The notes: generated by a model not told the origin, from the sequence alone. A stretch of DNA of 64,000 nucleotides from Azolla caroliniana (GCA_043228905.1 JBHGNT010000011.1:2542001-2606000); one strand, 5' to 3'; counted from the first letter of the stretch, positions 20,998 through 35,668 are shown. Numbers and translations are program-made.

Positions 20998-23669
20998 CCT
21001 ATAGTCCTGAGCAGAACGGAATTGCTGAACGCATGAATCAGACTATTCAAGAATGCATAATATCCATGCTCCATCACTCCGGACTATCGGATGGCTTCTG
21101 GGCGGAGGCTCTACTTACGGCAGTACACATAATAAATATGTTGCCAAGGAGACCTCTAGGACTTAAAATACCTTAGGAAACATGGACCGGCAGTAAGCCG
21201 AATTATGACAAGCTAAGGATCTTCGATTGCGAGGCGTATGCATACCCTCATACCGAAAGACGACCGCCAGAAACTCGAACCAAGATCAAGGAAATGCATT
21301 TTCCTTTGATATGGACCCGACGGCGAGATCAGATACCAACTCTGGACCCCGAGCACAGACAAATCGTCCGAAGTTCGGACGTCGTGTTAAACGAGTCGAC
21401 TATGCACAAAACGGACGAAAGGCCTATTGAAGTCCGAAGGGTAATATTTTCCGAAGTGCCAACCCTTCATGAAGGCCCAGCCCAGAACACGAGATCGGTT
21501 TCATGGGTAATTGATACCTCTCGTCCTGAATCCACCGATTCAGCACAACCAAATGGCTCAGCTTCCGACCATCCGACACCTATACCCTGTGCAACCAGTC
21601 TAGTCATACCTCGAAGATCCGAGAGACTTTTGCAACCTCCGGAAAGGTACTCTCCCAGAATCTTCTTTACCGATGTCGGAGAACCGACGTCTTACGAAGA
21701 AGCATCGGCATCTGCCGACTCAGCTACCTGGCATCTGGCGATGGAGTCGGAAATGCACTCCATTCGAGCAAACAAGACTTGGGACTTGGTCAAATTACCG
21801 AAGAATCGACGTGCTCTTCAGTGTAAGTGGGTCTATCGACTAAAAGAGACGTCTGACTCGACCAACCCAAAGTACAAGGCCAGATTAGTTGCGAAGGGAT
21901 TTCGACAAGAATATGGCGTCAACTTCGACGAAATCTTTTCACCAGTGGTGAAAATGACCACCCTTCATTTCATGCTCGGTGTTGTGGCCGCTGACAACTT
22001 GGAGTTGATTCAGCTAGATGTAAAATGACATTCCTCCACGGTGACCTACAGGAGGAAATCTATATGGAGGAGCCAAAAGGCTTTGTGGCATCCGGCCAGG
22101 AACATCTAGTTTGCCAACTCAGGAAGAGTTTATACGGCCTGAAACAGGCACCTCGACAATGGTACAAGAAGTTCGACGACTTCATCCAGCCGGTCAGCTT
22201 CTCCAAGAGCGATGAGGATCACTGTCTCTTCACCAAAGCAGCTCAAGACGGGTCTCCCGTCTTCCTCATCATTTACGTGGACGACATGCGACTCTCCGGC
22301 CGACATGCCGAAGAGCTCACCGAACTCGTTCAGAAACTGCGGTTGAAGTTTGCCATGAAGAACCTCGGTCTGGCAAGACACATACTTGGTATGAAGATTA
22401 GTCGGCATTGCGATACACGACAACTTTTCTTGTCTCAAACCGACTACATCGGACGTGTCTTGGAACGCTTCAAAATGCACTTGGCCAAGTCTGCTTCGAC
22501 CCCACTCCCCATTAACCTTCGGCTGTCTTAACGAGACTGCCCAACATCCAGTCCGGAGGGGGAAGATATGAAGTTGGTACCGTATGCACCGGCAGTCGGT
22601 TCCCTTATGTACGCGATGGTCGCAACACGGCCTGATATCTCTCACGCCGTAGGAGTCGTCAACAGATTCATGCACAACCCAGGCCGATCGCACTTGAACG
22701 CAGTCAAGCATGTGTTCAGATATCTAGCTAGCACAAAAGACCATGACATTCTTTTTGGCCTGAAGACAACCTCAGGCGTAGTCGGTTACACCGACTCGGA
22801 CTTCGCCGGCTACGTGGACAGTCGGAAATCAACAACTGGATATTATTTCAAATTCGGCAATGGAGCAATCTCGTGGAAGTCTAAACTTCAGGAGTGCACA
22901 ACCACCTCAACGACCGAAGCGGAATATGTAGCTGCGTCCGACGCGGCAAAAGAAGCTTTATGGCTAGGTCGGCTGGCGCACACGTTTCGACAAGTCGACA
23001 TCGACTCAGCTCCAGTTGTCTACAACGATAGTCCGGGTGCTGTTGTTTTGAAAAAAATCCGGTTCACCACAACGCCTCCAAGCATATCGACGTTCGATAT
23101 CACTTTGTTCGGGACTATATCATTTTAGGGAAAATCGGTCTCGAGAAGATATCCACAACCGATAATGTCGCAGATGGAATGACCAAGTGTCTTTCGGCGG
23201 ATCGCTTCCGATCCCTTCAGCACCAGATGGGCGTAATGAAAAATCGGTCCAGTTAAAGTCGGACACAACACAGGATGGTTTCGGACAACCGACATCGGTC
23301 CTTTGAGGATCCGCTTCAGCTTTTCTGACCCGACCGGTTCGGTCTTCAGTCTTCAGATCTTGCCGACTCGAACAAAACCGATCTGTCCGATAAATCTTGT
23401 ATATACTTGTAATTTAAGATAACCCATGTATACGCCTATTACGGGGGAGTGTCGAATACAAGTGTATAATGGCTGTATTCACACTGTCCCTTTGGACAAC
23501 CCAAGTTTGGGCTATTTCTGTAAATACCATAAAGAACAGTTGCCCTAGGATAGTCACTATATAAAGTGACTTTGTAACCTTTAGTCGTGGTGGTTGTCAT
23601 TTTGTAACTGTTGCTATTAAGAAATAAACTATTTCTTTGTGCCTATCTCTCTCTCTCTCTCGCTCTATT

Positions 23670-23754
<85 letters not shown>

Positions 23755-23828
23755 TCATTCTCATACACAAGTCCTTCAACATCACAGATGTTGTTTGTTC
23801 TTCCGCACTGACGACCTTGTCCCCAACA
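20998..23828 (+). mobile_element. Degenerate Copia element F (integrase end, RT, RNase H) with 3' LTR 23450-23828
   Basis: PEQNGIAER, KARLVAKG, LYGLKQAP, YVDD, STTEAEY; PPT GGGGGAG then TGTCGAAT...CCCCAACA. Confidence 0.85.
23646..23750 (+). repeat. (CT)n microsatellite within the F LTR
   Basis: Seen directly. Confidence 0.95.
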
Positions 23829-26800
23829 CAAATCTAGGTGAAGCATAATGTTCACGGATTCATGACAGAATGTTGGTATTGTGGCCGGAAAGGCCACAAA
23901 GATCAGACAAGTCCGCATCCGGCAAGGCCGGACGGGGAAGCTGACACAGATCGCACTATGTGGAAGGACCGGAAGGTTCCGGTTCTGGAAATGGAACAAG
24001 CCTAGCCTTTGTGATGGTTTACACAAGGTTAACTCGATGAAGAAGAGCACTTCCGGTTCGAAGGAAGTGTGGTATGTTGACTCCATAGCATTGAACCATA
24101 TAACGAGTCACAAAGAATGGTTTTCATTTCTGGAAAAACCGGAGCAACTGGGACGGTTGTCGAAACCAAAGACGACACTCCTCATACCATTGAGCACATC
24201 GGTGAGGTCCCTCTTAGCCATGTCAGGCAGAAGGGAAAGCTTATGAACGTCCTGCATGTCCCGAAAATAACAAAGAATTTGGTGTCAGTCGGACAAATTG
24301 TCGATCAAGGGATGCAGGTTCAGTTCATGTACCTCAGATGCTTCATCTAGGAAGAGGGCTAAGTAATCGCGCAAGGGCGTCGCGACGGGAGGATGTTTAT
24401 CCTTGAAACGAATTATGTTGGCACTGCTATGTTTGTAAAAGGATAGAAGGTCGAATCAGATATCGACCTGTGGCATAAGCATCGAACACATAAACTTCTG
24501 GAAGCTTCAGGAGTTACAGTCGGAACATATAGTTTCCGAACTGTCGAAGTTCAGTGGCCGGAAAGGCCAATATGTGAAGCTTGCCAATTTAGGAAGCAAC
24601 ATAGGCTTCCATTCCCCAATGAGAAGAATCAGAGTCGGAATCGGCTAGATCTCATCCATTCGGATGTATGGGGACCGGCACAAAACGTGAGCATCGGCAG
24701 GAGTCGATATTTCGTCTCCTTCATCGACGATTTCACCTGGCACACTTGGATCTATCTAATCGAGAAGAAAAGCGACATCTTCTCATGCTTCTAGGATTGG
24801 AAGAACCATGTCAAACACGAGACCGGAAGAAAGATCAAGTGTCTGAGATCGGATGGCGGAAAAGAGTACTTTTCCGGCCAGTTCACGAGCTCTCTATAGA
24901 CGAAGGGAATCCGACGGGAATTCTCTTGCAGATACACGCTGGAGCAAAATGATGTGGCTGAGCATACCAAAATTTTATTGGGTTGAAACAATTCAGATAG
25001 CCCTCTACATCCAAAATTGGATATCTGCCTCAGGGACAAAGTTGTCACCTCACGAACTCAATTTTGGGCGGAAGCTGAATTCTTCACACCTTCGGGTGTT
25101 CGGTAGCATTGCATATGTGCATGTACCGAAAGAAAAAAGGAGGAAGTTAGATGCGAAAGCTTAAAAATGCATTCTCGTTAGCTACTCGGATGAGTAGAAG
25201 GGTTATAACTGTTATAACCCCCGATCGAAAGTAGTCCGAGTTAGCCGAGATGTCGCTTTCGATGAATCGGCATCCTGTTACTTCTCTCCACCCGAACCCA
25301 AGCCATTTGTTGTTGATGATCCGGTGGAATCCGGAATAGAGAGAAGCATCGCGGAATCTAAACAACCGGATAGTTCGAATTCTCTCCGGATGAGTGGCCC
25401 GAATCCGAACTGGTTGAGCTAGAGTGGTCAACCGGATAATGAGCCGGTGAGTAGTGAAGACTCGGTCGTGCTCTCCCCCCGCAAGGAACCGAGGAGACGG
25501 TTCACGCATAAAGAGAAGGGGAAGAAGAAGATGCCCGAATACGCCACTGGCCGAGACGAGTCAGATCGGAGCGAATCCGCCTCTGGGAAAAACAAAGACG
25601 GACCTTTGGGGCCGAAGTCTGAGCTGACCAAGAGGGCCTTGAAATCGGCTAATGAGAAGTTACGCTAATCCACCCACCAGAAGAACCTCGTAAAAAGGTA
25701 TGGGTATAATGAGTATATGGCGCATCACTATGCGTACATGACGAAGGTGGCGGGAGTGCATGAGCTAGAGAGCTACGTAGAAGCAACGAAGGAAACAAAT
25801 TGTTGTGCCGCTATGCAGGAAGAGATGCATGCACTCATGGAAAATGAGACGTGGGATTTAGTGGATGTATCAAAAGGAGTGAAACCGATTGGTTGCCGGT
25901 GGGTATACAAGGTCAAATACAACACTGACACCTCTGTCAACCGGTACAAGGCCCGGTTAGTGGCCAAAGGCTACGCGCAGCAACACGACATCGACTACGA
26001 TTAGACGTTTGCGCCGATTGCAAAGATGACGATCGTCTGTGTCTTGCTTGTGGTGGTAGTGGCGATGGGGTGGCATCTACATCAAATGGATGTAAAGAAC
26101 GCATTCCTGCAAGGTGATCTTCAGGAGCAGGTGTATATGGTTCAACCCCCCGTATTTCAATCTGGAATGAATACATCGACAGTGTACCGATTGAAGAAGT
26201 CCCTCTATGGACTTAAGCAAGCCCTGCATGCCTGGAACGCGAAAATCACGCAGAGATTGCGTCATATGGGGTTTGCTCTATCGAAATCAGACTCTTCACT
26301 TTTCATTCGACAAAGTCTGCACAGGCCGGTGAGCACCAGAAGCTTCACCGATCTACCCACTAGAAGAAACCCGTGAAGCGGTTTGGTTACAATGAGTACA
26401 TGGCGCATCACTACGTGTACATGACGAAACTGGCAGAAGTGTGTGAGCTAGAGAGGTACGCAGAAGCGGCAAAAGACACAAACTTGGCATGCCGCAATGG
26501 AGGAAGAGATGCAAGCACTAATGGAGAATGAGACTTGGGACCTGGTTGACGCCCCCGAGGGTGTGAAGCCGATTGGATGTAGCTGGGTGTACAAGATCAA
26601 GTACAATGTCGAGAACTCCATCAACCGGTACAAGCCCCAATTAGCGTCCAAGTGCTGTGCATAGCAACATGGCATCAATTATGATGAGACGTTTACGTTG
26701 GTCGTGAAGATGATGACCGTCCATGTCTTGCTTGCGGTCATTGCGGCAAAGGGTTGGCATTTGTACCTGATGGATGTGAAGAATGCATTCCTGTTAGGAG

Positions 26801-27645
26801 AACTTGAGGAACAAGTATTCATGGTGCAACCATCCGTATTTCAATTCGGTTTGAATACGTCGGTTGTATGTTAATGGAAAAAGTCCCTTTACGAATTAAA
26901 GAAAGCCTTGCGTGCTTCGAACGCGAAGATCACGCAATGCCTGCGTAAGATGGGATTTGCAACATCCAAGTCAGACTCTTCACTCTTCATCCAACAAGGT
27001 CGGAATGGGTCGATAAATCTCTTTCTTTATGTTGATGATTTAGTCATCACCGGCACCAGCCTAGAGGAAATCAACCACGTAAAGTCTCCACTTGCGGCAT
27101 CATTTGAAATGAAGGACCGGTCTCAACACCCATTGATTGGAATGAGAAGCTATGTCCCGACTTCGGATAGGTCTGCAACAAGAAACGATTTCAACAAATT
27201 TTCGGAAGCCTAATATATCTTACTATCACCTGACCCGACATTAGTTATCTGCTCGGAGTGATAAGTCAGTTTATGCAACGTCCAACCGTCGAGCACCTTC
27301 AGTGTGTGCATCATCAGTACTCTGATTCGTGGTCGGCACTAAGGATTGGGGAATGTTGTACCGTTGTTAAGCCATATGGCTTTGGTGGCTATTGTGAGAC
27401 CTCCAGATTGAAGTGTTGACTTTGATCCCAATCTACTACGACAACATCAGTAGCATGTAGCTCGCTCAGAACCCTGTGTTCCATGCTCACACAAAGCACA
27501 TCGAAGTGCATTATCACTTCATGCACAAGTGGGTCCTAAGGGGTGAATTTGAACTCCGATATGTTCGAACCGATTGATAGGTTGCCGACATTTTCACCAA
27601 CCCAGTCAGATCGGAAAAGTTGCAACACTTTTTGGAGATGCTTGG
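23829..27645 (+). mobile_element. Degenerate Copia element G (family of A/I) with duplicated RT region
   Basis: CWYCG knuckle, WYVDS protease, integrase, RT and RH fragments with many stops; MAHHY..KARLVAKG block occurs twice. Confidence 0.85.
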
Positions 27646-30307
27646 TGTTACGGACATGACCATATAATATCCCGTGGTTAGAATTTACCGTAGTATTCTA
27701 TACACGTGGATAAGTGTGAGCGTTAAACAAGAGTGTAAAGAAGGGGAGGATTACTTTTAATCCTCAAGATTGAGACAACCCATTAGGCCAAGTGTGAACT
27801 TGGCCTTGGGTCTCTCTATAAATATGAGACCTAGCTACCCTCATTTCATCATCTCTTGACTACGTCGAGACTCTGTTTCGTGGTGGGTCAACTCTTGTAG
27901 CGAGCGCGGCAACACCAGGTACGACTTGACGCCACGACGGTGGTATGGGACTCCGATCGAGGCTTGCGTCCATCTCGATCCCTTTGCTCGGGGGTGGTCG
28001 GGTGGATCGGCTCCCTTCTTTCTCTCTCTCCTTTCTTATTTCATATATATTATATCCTTAGATCATCATATGCTTACATTAGATCATCACTCTAATAGTT
28101 GGTATCAGAGCTTGTGTTTCTAATGTTTCTTTTGTTGGTTTTTGTTGTCTTCTTGATGGATGGTGATCGATCGACGTGCAGTCGACCTTGATCCAAATAG
28201 TGATCAATAAAGGAACTTCGGTAACTCTTTCTTTTTTTTCTTTTTTTGCTTCTCCCAATCTAATCATGCATAGTCAATATGTTTTTTCTTTATTGATTCA
28301 ATGATGTTGTAGTGGTAATGGATTGGTTGTATAAAACATATTCATATGTGTATGAGATCAATACCTCATTTGACATATATTTGATATGTGATTCGTGTCG
28401 TATGCGTACAGGGTTAATACCTCAATTGCGTATTACGTTCACATACATATGTTACGTATGCATGTGAGGTCAATACTTCAATTTCTATTTAAATGATATG
28501 TGTTTGGTGTCGTATGGGTGAGAGGTCAATACCTCAATTGCGTATTACGATTGACCCTTATTTTTGGATGTTTCGTGTGCGTAGAGGCTATATGCCTTGA
28601 TTACGTATCTCGATTACATCATTGTTGGCTATTTGATATTACGATTTTTTTAATATATGCATATGTGGTCACATGTATATGTATTTGATCGTATATATGC
28701 GATAAATATACGTATGTGTATATTAGTTATTACGTGATTTCTATATGGAATGTTTCCATTTCGGGGAAAGGATCTTGGTGGCCGTCCTCACATTTTTGTG
28801 AGAATGGCGTAGTCACCATCCTTTTTTCAACAATTTTTTTTGTTGACATCCCTGTTGGTCACTTCGATTTTGCTACGTAATGAAACCATCATAGCCACAA
28901 TGATATTGAGAACGTGAGGTCGCTCCTATGACACACATATCCAACATCCCTCCCATATTACATGGATACGATGCCACCATGAGATCATTCTTACAAAAGA
29001 CATTTTTAATGATGTAACCATGTGATGGGCCACGTGGGCCGACTACAAAAAGAGGGCTCATTTGTCTTGACCATTAGGTTGCACTTTGGCGTATGGCATC
29101 GTAATTATGAGAATTGAGGTTAGGTAATGTACCAACATAGTTTATGGTAAACGAGAGGGAAATAAGGACTCTTGACACATATGTTTCTTTTAAAAAAACA
29201 TAAATGGGCAAATGCCTTGCCTATTTCTTATGTACACATAAAACGTTAAACATTCAACATGAGCAACCTATTTGGTTAGCTCAAGTGTTTAATGCATTTG
29301 TTCTCGAGGTCTCGAGTTTAAATATGACCAAGACCATACAACATTGATGATACATATGACTATAAGACATGTTTAGACTTTAGGTCTAAGTGCACTTCGG
29401 GGTCCTCGTAATAGGACTTAAAGAGCCGAAACCACATACGTGGGCACAGAAACATAGTTTATTGTTAACATTTTATTCGTGTATAAACTATTCATGACGC
29501 GAACATACATGGTTGAGCCTAGCAATGGGCCCGGTTTCAGCTCGAACCGAACCGAACCGCTAAGTCATGGCTTAATGGTTTATCGGTTTAAAGTTTAAAA
29601 ACTAGTTTGGTTTGGTTTCATAGTATACGAGTCGGTTCGGTTTCGGTTCGGTTCGGTTTTTGGTGCTATCGGTTTAGCGGTTTAGCGGTTTAAAGGCTTA
29701 TCAGTTTATCGGTTTCAGTTTAACGGTTTGGTTTTTAGGTTTTAACTTTTTAGATTTAAAAATAATAATCCTATATTCTGCCTCCTGAGTCTTGACTCTC
29801 TTTTCTGCACGATTCACATACTGTATACTCTCTTATACTCTCTGTTGCGCTACCTCAGTCCTCATCCTAACTCCTAACTCCTAACTCCCTAGTACTCTTC
29901 AAAGTTCCTACTACAGCGACACAATCTACAATCTCGTTACACAGGTATGTATTGATCAAGTATTCCCAGCTTCATTCCCAGTAAGGTTACATAATGAAAC
30001 ACATTGATTCAATCCTAACGAACAATTTTTTGAATGCTACGCTTTCTTATTCTATGCTATTAGCGACCCATATTTGTATTCTGAACATGATGAAGTAAAA
30101 GCCTATATCTCAAACTCTTGATGATAATAGTGTACCACTTTAAAAATGTACACTAGAAAAAGATGCGCCTCAACCTGTCCTTCGGATAAGTCTACCATGT
30201 TGGAGTGATCTTGCCATCTCCTACTAGAATTTTGAGAAATAGCTTATTAGAGCAGCCAAGAAAACTTAAAAAGTACTTATAATTGACATCAAAACAATCA
30301 TGCATAC

Positions 30308-31118
30308 CTAGTTATCGTCTTGTTTTTTCCTGAAGAATTGATGGATTCGTTTATGTGCCTCTCCAAAGCTCCCTGTCGCTATGATCAGCTGCTCTTTAAT
30401 CCAAGTGGGTAGCTTTGATGTTGGCCCTGATGTTATAGAAGATGATGATGTATATCTGGTATCCACAAGAATAATAGATGCATAATCCTTTATGTGCCTG
30501 ATTGCTCTACCTAAGAAGACATTAATACACTGAGTGGCTTTGGAAACATATGCAAACATAACATAAAAGAGCAGTCAAAAAGTGTTTGAGCATTACCTAT
30601 AGACTGGTTTACTGCCTTCATGCATAGGTTCTCATAATAAGTTCTGCCATTATAGCTCCTCAATGGTGTGTTTTCCAACTCACAACCCTTAGACATCCTC
30701 TCTGTTGGCATTGACAGAATCATATCAACATACTTCATGCGTTCTACAAGTTCTGGATCTGAAAGGCTTGGGTATGGCAATCCAACCATGACCACACATC
30801 TACCCATACCATCACTAAAGTTGATACCTTCAGACATTTTCCTCCTACGACACACAGAATGATAGCTCCTGTCCTTCCTGAATCCAGATTCTGAGTATCT
30901 GTTACAGCTTCTTTGTACTTACGTAGTGTTGTATCAAGAGATGCAGCATCTCTGGGCTCTCGAAATAGAACTTTCTTCCTTTGTATCTTATCAAGGATTC
31001 CCGAGACTTTCCATGCCCAGTGAAACTATTGTTCGTACTCAAATGATGGCAAAAAAATAACCATTCCTTCAGTAACAACCAGAGAAAGATTAAAAACAAA
31101 TCGTCCTAGCTCTTCTAC
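30308..31118 (-). pseudogene. DDX11: Captured 3' fragment (two exons: 31118-30597, 30510-30308) of DDX11/CHL1 Fe-S helicase
   Basis: [39 protein letters not shown]|RAIRHIKDYASIILVDTRY..KLP.WI; GT-AG intron retained; premature stop near 31030. Confidence 0.88.
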
Positions 31119-31724
31119 CTGTAAATGACAAGAAATGTTTTGAAATGGGAGCAAAATTCTGAAAAACAAAGAGAAGTAATCTTTGTTAGATCTCAATGGC
31201 CATTATGGTCTTTTAGGGATGTTAATATATACTTCTTTCCTTCTTTTTAGTATATCATCAAGAAACTTTTATAAATAAGGTCAAAAAGACCAAATATATT
31301 ATACCTTAACATAGCTGGTGCATCGGAAAATCTAACAGATTACTGCCCATGTACACATCTATGTTGAAACCAAAGTATATAACATGAACATATACTTTTC
31401 TTCCTTGCTCTAAGGCCTCAAAGGAGATCGTCTATTTTGATTATTTGAACCATGTATTCCTATTATGTTATGTTGCTAATTTTCAGCACTAAACAAATTC
31501 ATCACTTCCCAATTTGATATGAACATGCATGCACATGGCTTATAGGGTGTGATAAAGATTATGTGGTACATGTGTGTATGCAATATGACCATTTTAATTA
31601 ATAAGAGGATGCAACCATGCATATATGAGTCATAGTCATGGTAGTTACTATCTTATGGACAAAATATATGTATTATATACATAACTATGCTTTCTTTTTT
31701 TATGTTTTATAGGGACAACATTAA

Positions 31725-33819
31725 ATGGAATCATCTTCTCAAACTCATGCAGCGATGGGCTCATCGTCAATTAATGTTAGCCATGGGCAAACAAGCATGT
31801 CAAGAAAAAGGCAACGTTCATCATGGACAAATGCTCACATCATATCTTATATGGATAATGGCGCACCTCGACGACGATGCCATCATTGTCATGTTTGTTG
31901 GTCTTCAAAAACATCCACAGGTACTATAGCTAAGCATTTAACGGAAAAACATCATCTATCAGACGAGCCAAATCAAAATTCAGGTATTTCGAAGATTATT
32001 CAATCTTCTATAGAGTCTACTAAAGTATCTTGTTTTTTAGAGAAGAAAATTGATTGTTTCGTCACGAGGTATATTGTCAAGGGAACTTTGCCCCATGCAC
32101 ATGTGGAATCAGATGCATTTAAAGAGTTCGTACACGACCTTGTACCTGGATATCAGATGAAGACAAGGTGCACAATTAAACGTTCCATCTTAGAAATGTA
32201 TGTGGTGTTGCGCCATCAAGTGATAGATTTATTATCAAAAAGTCAATCAAGATTTTCTATTACTTTTGATGGTTGGTCAAATAGTAGTCTAAAGGGCTTC
32301 TACTCAGTGACACTTCATTGGGCATGTCACGAGACAACAAGATCAAGGTCCATGCTATTGGATTTTGTGCATGTATTTCCAGGTGCTGGATCAGGGAAAC
32401 GTTGTGCACATGCCCTCTTTTGTCGACTTGGATCTTTTAATATTTCAAGTCGATTATTAGCTACAATTTTTTATGGAGCTAGTGATGCACAAATGGCTGC
32501 AAAGGAATTGAGCATGCTGTTACAAAATGAGCATGGTAAGGAAATTTTAGCTCCCTCACACATGTTAAGGTGTATGGTGCACACTTTTCAATTGGGCATC
32601 AAGTCAGCATTAGAGATTATCTCACCCTCAACAGAAAAGTTGAGAACAGTGCTCCAAATTATTAGATCTAGCAAGGTTCGAAGGGAAGTGTTTAGGAAGT
32701 ATGCTAAGATGGTTGAACATCATGAAAAGGAACCTCCAAGGCTTGATGTTGTTACAAGATGGAATTCTACTTTAGAGATGTTTAGGCAAGCTATCAAGGA
32801 TAGAGATATATTGAACTTTACAATTTCAGATCTAACAATTTCAAGTGATTTCAATGGTTATGCCTTGACTGTAGAAGATTGGAGTCACATACATGCTATG
32901 GAGGAATGGTTAGAAACACCTGCAGAGGTTTCTACCTTTCTAGGAGGATCAAGATATCCTACATTATCACTAGCATCACTAGCGTATAATTGTTTACTTA
33001 ATCATTGTAATCAGTTTTTAGATTCTTCACCTCCGGGATCATCTAGATTCACACAAGCGGTGCTTCAAAATGCGTCTGAGAACTGCTTACAATATTTAAT
33101 TAAGTATCAAGAATCGTTAAAGTCTATTCCATCGCGCATTGCAATGTTTCTTGATCCCAGGTAATACTTTCCTTTAAGATTTACAATTGTCTTCATGCTT
33201 TCTAATATATTATTTGAGTTTAATAATATTTTTCATTCCTTTTTAGATTGCCTATTTCAAATGACCATATCGAAAAGAGTTAGATCTTAAGTTGGTTGAA
33301 GGCATGATTGAGTCCCATTACCACTCATTCTCGAGTGGTGTTGAGCCACCTTCAACCACAATACAACCTATTGATAATAACTCTAAAATTTGGAGGTTAA
33401 TGGGTGTACAGAATAAAAGTCTTATTTCTGATTCACGATCTGAAATTGAGCAGTTTATAAGACTTCCTTTAGCTAGCACAGACAAGGATCCTTTACAATG
33501 GTGGCATGATAATAAATCTGCAATGCCAGAATTGTATAGGATGGCATGTGATTACCTTGCTATACCAGCATCATCAGTACCTGCGGAAGAGGCAAATTCA
33601 GCAGCAAAAATGACCTTTGATGATAGGATCAAACTACATTCATGCACATTCAAGGCTGAAATGTGTATTCGATCATGGCTGCAAGTTTTGCGAGAATCGA
33701 ATATTCAAATAACAGATAACTTTCACATGGCTTATGAAGAACTTAAATTTAATCTAGATGATCTTGCTCGTGAAGACGAGGTAATAGATTACATGTTACG
33801 TGATAATCATGGGAGATAA
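31725..33819 (+). pseudogene. hAT transposase (BED finger, DDE, dimerisation domain); intron 33161-33246; probably inactive
   Basis: CHHC..HLTEKH, ITFDGWS, RCMVH, LDVVTRWNST, PLQWW..DYLAIPASSV; second catalytic D appears to be Y (TIFYGAS); apparent 1-bp frameshift near 33275. Confidence 0.88.
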
Positions 33820-35668
33820 GGTGTGCATACCTTTTAATTCATTCTTTAAGTTTATTTTTCATTACTAGTTTTTCACTTATTTGATGTTTTTTATATGTGC
33901 ATGGAACAGGAATCATGATACTTTTTCACAAGTCCATGAAATGCAAGTTGCAATTGGAGATCCTCGAAGACATTGTAATTTCTTAGTGCATACTTTTACG
34001 AATTTGTTTTTATTTTATTATTTTATTACTAATTACTTCTTTTACATATTTTATACTTCCAGGAATCGGTAATTCAAGCTGAAAGTAAACATTGGAAACT
34101 AAAAGAGGAACATTGGTTTATGTAGAAGTTTTTCACATTTATCTTATATTTTTGGCTTTGTTGTAAATGGTGGATACAAACTTAAATGCTGACGTGAACT
34201 GCATATGATCGATTGATGGTCATAAGCTTTGGGATTTTAGTTTTTTGTGTATTATCTATATATTCTCCACAAAACTTTAATGTCAGAAAATTTCTGTTTA
34301 TGATGGTATTCTTCTTCAAAAAACATTTAAAATGTCTAAATTTCTGTTTTTCTTGCTTTGGTTTGGATTGGTTTGGTTTTGGTTTTTTCATAAATGGTTT
34401 GGTTTGGTTCTGATTTTTGTACAAACGGTTTGGTTTAGTTCTAAATTGGTCCTAAACAGTTTGGCTTAAATGGTTTGGTTTCTCATACTTCTTAAACGGT
34501 TCGGTTTAAACGGTTCGGCTCAAAACGGTTTGGTTTAAATGGCTTCAAAATGTAGAAACGGTTTGGTTTGGTTTTTTTCCTTAAAAAGTGGTTTGGTTTG
34601 GTTCGGTTTGGTTTCAAGGCCAAAAAACCGAACCGGGACCATTGCTAGTTGAGCCTTAGGGAGCCACCATGAAAACATTGATATAGAGATAAGGGAAAGA
34701 CATTTATTTGTCACCCCCATGGTTTTTAAAATACCTTTGTGTTACCATAGTAACCTGTTCTTGAACCTCATCTCATACATCTAGAGTGGTATTGACGTGA
34801 GATCATGATATCGATTAATGTTGGCCCATGATATGTTTACATCACGACATGATGTTATGACTATTTGTCTGACCTTATCCTATTTCTTTGCCAGAAATTA
34901 TCATTCAATGGCTCATAATAACGACCCGATGTCATCCGCTCAAGGGGAAGGAACTCAAGGAAATCCTCTTGGGCCAATCCATTGAGTCGTATTTCTTACA
35001 AATACAAAATTTCCTTAGTTCAACCGCTCATCAGATGTCTGAACTTCGGCAATGTCATAGTACTCTCGAGGCATGTGTCATTAGTTTATAACGTGACACC
35101 AATAGACCCGATGAGCATCAAGGTGAACCATCATTTATCGTAAAGCCATTTACTGGAAAAAAAAAGGAAAGAACCGAAGAATCAGTCTGCACGTGGCTGG
35201 GCCGATGGGAGTCTCATTTTGAGCTCTATCCCACGCTAGATAGTACGAAGATTGCATATCTCGGCCGAGAACTAGGGGGTAAGACCGTCGCCTTGTGGCG
35301 TGGACTCCTAACTTTGGGGAAATTGCTTGATCCCTGGATAGATTTTGTCACAATTTTCAAGGGTCAATTTCTGCAAACCTCCCTCTCGAATCGAGGCAGC
35401 ACAAGCTTTAATGAACCTCTCTAACAAGAAGTTTTCCTCACTAGAAGACTATGTTCACCATGCTAGAACCAAAATCCAAAAGTCAGGTCTAGAAGGGGAC
35501 AATTGATTGATAGCTTGTTTTGTCAATGGCATCTTCAATTCGGAGTAAGAAAATAAGAAATTAAGAAAACAAAACAAAAAGGAAATAGAAAAACCCTTTG
35601 TTTGAAAAACAGAGTGAAAAACAAGGAGAGTAAAAACTACATGAAAAAGAGAGACTAAGAATAAAAAC

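Larger units (their letters stand above)
29520..34647 (+). mobile_element. hAT DNA transposon with intact termini
   Basis: TIR TAGCAATGGGCCCGGTT / AACCGGGACCATTGCTA, 8-bp TSD GTTGAGCC, subterminal AACCG/CGGTT arrays at both ends. Confidence 0.95.
27646..35550 (+). mobile_element. Degenerate LTR element H: LTR about 27646-28097, tRNA-iMet PBS 28100, gag remnant about 35150-35550; interrupted by the hAT
   Basis: TGTTA start, TATAAATA, TGGTATCAGAGC; decayed gag (WLGRWESHF..W..FVTIFK); 3' end not identified. Confidence 0.55.

Noticed and set aside
30308-31118. Resident functional DDX11 gene
   Set aside because: Only the last two exons are present, with a premature stop, enclosed by hAT TIRs
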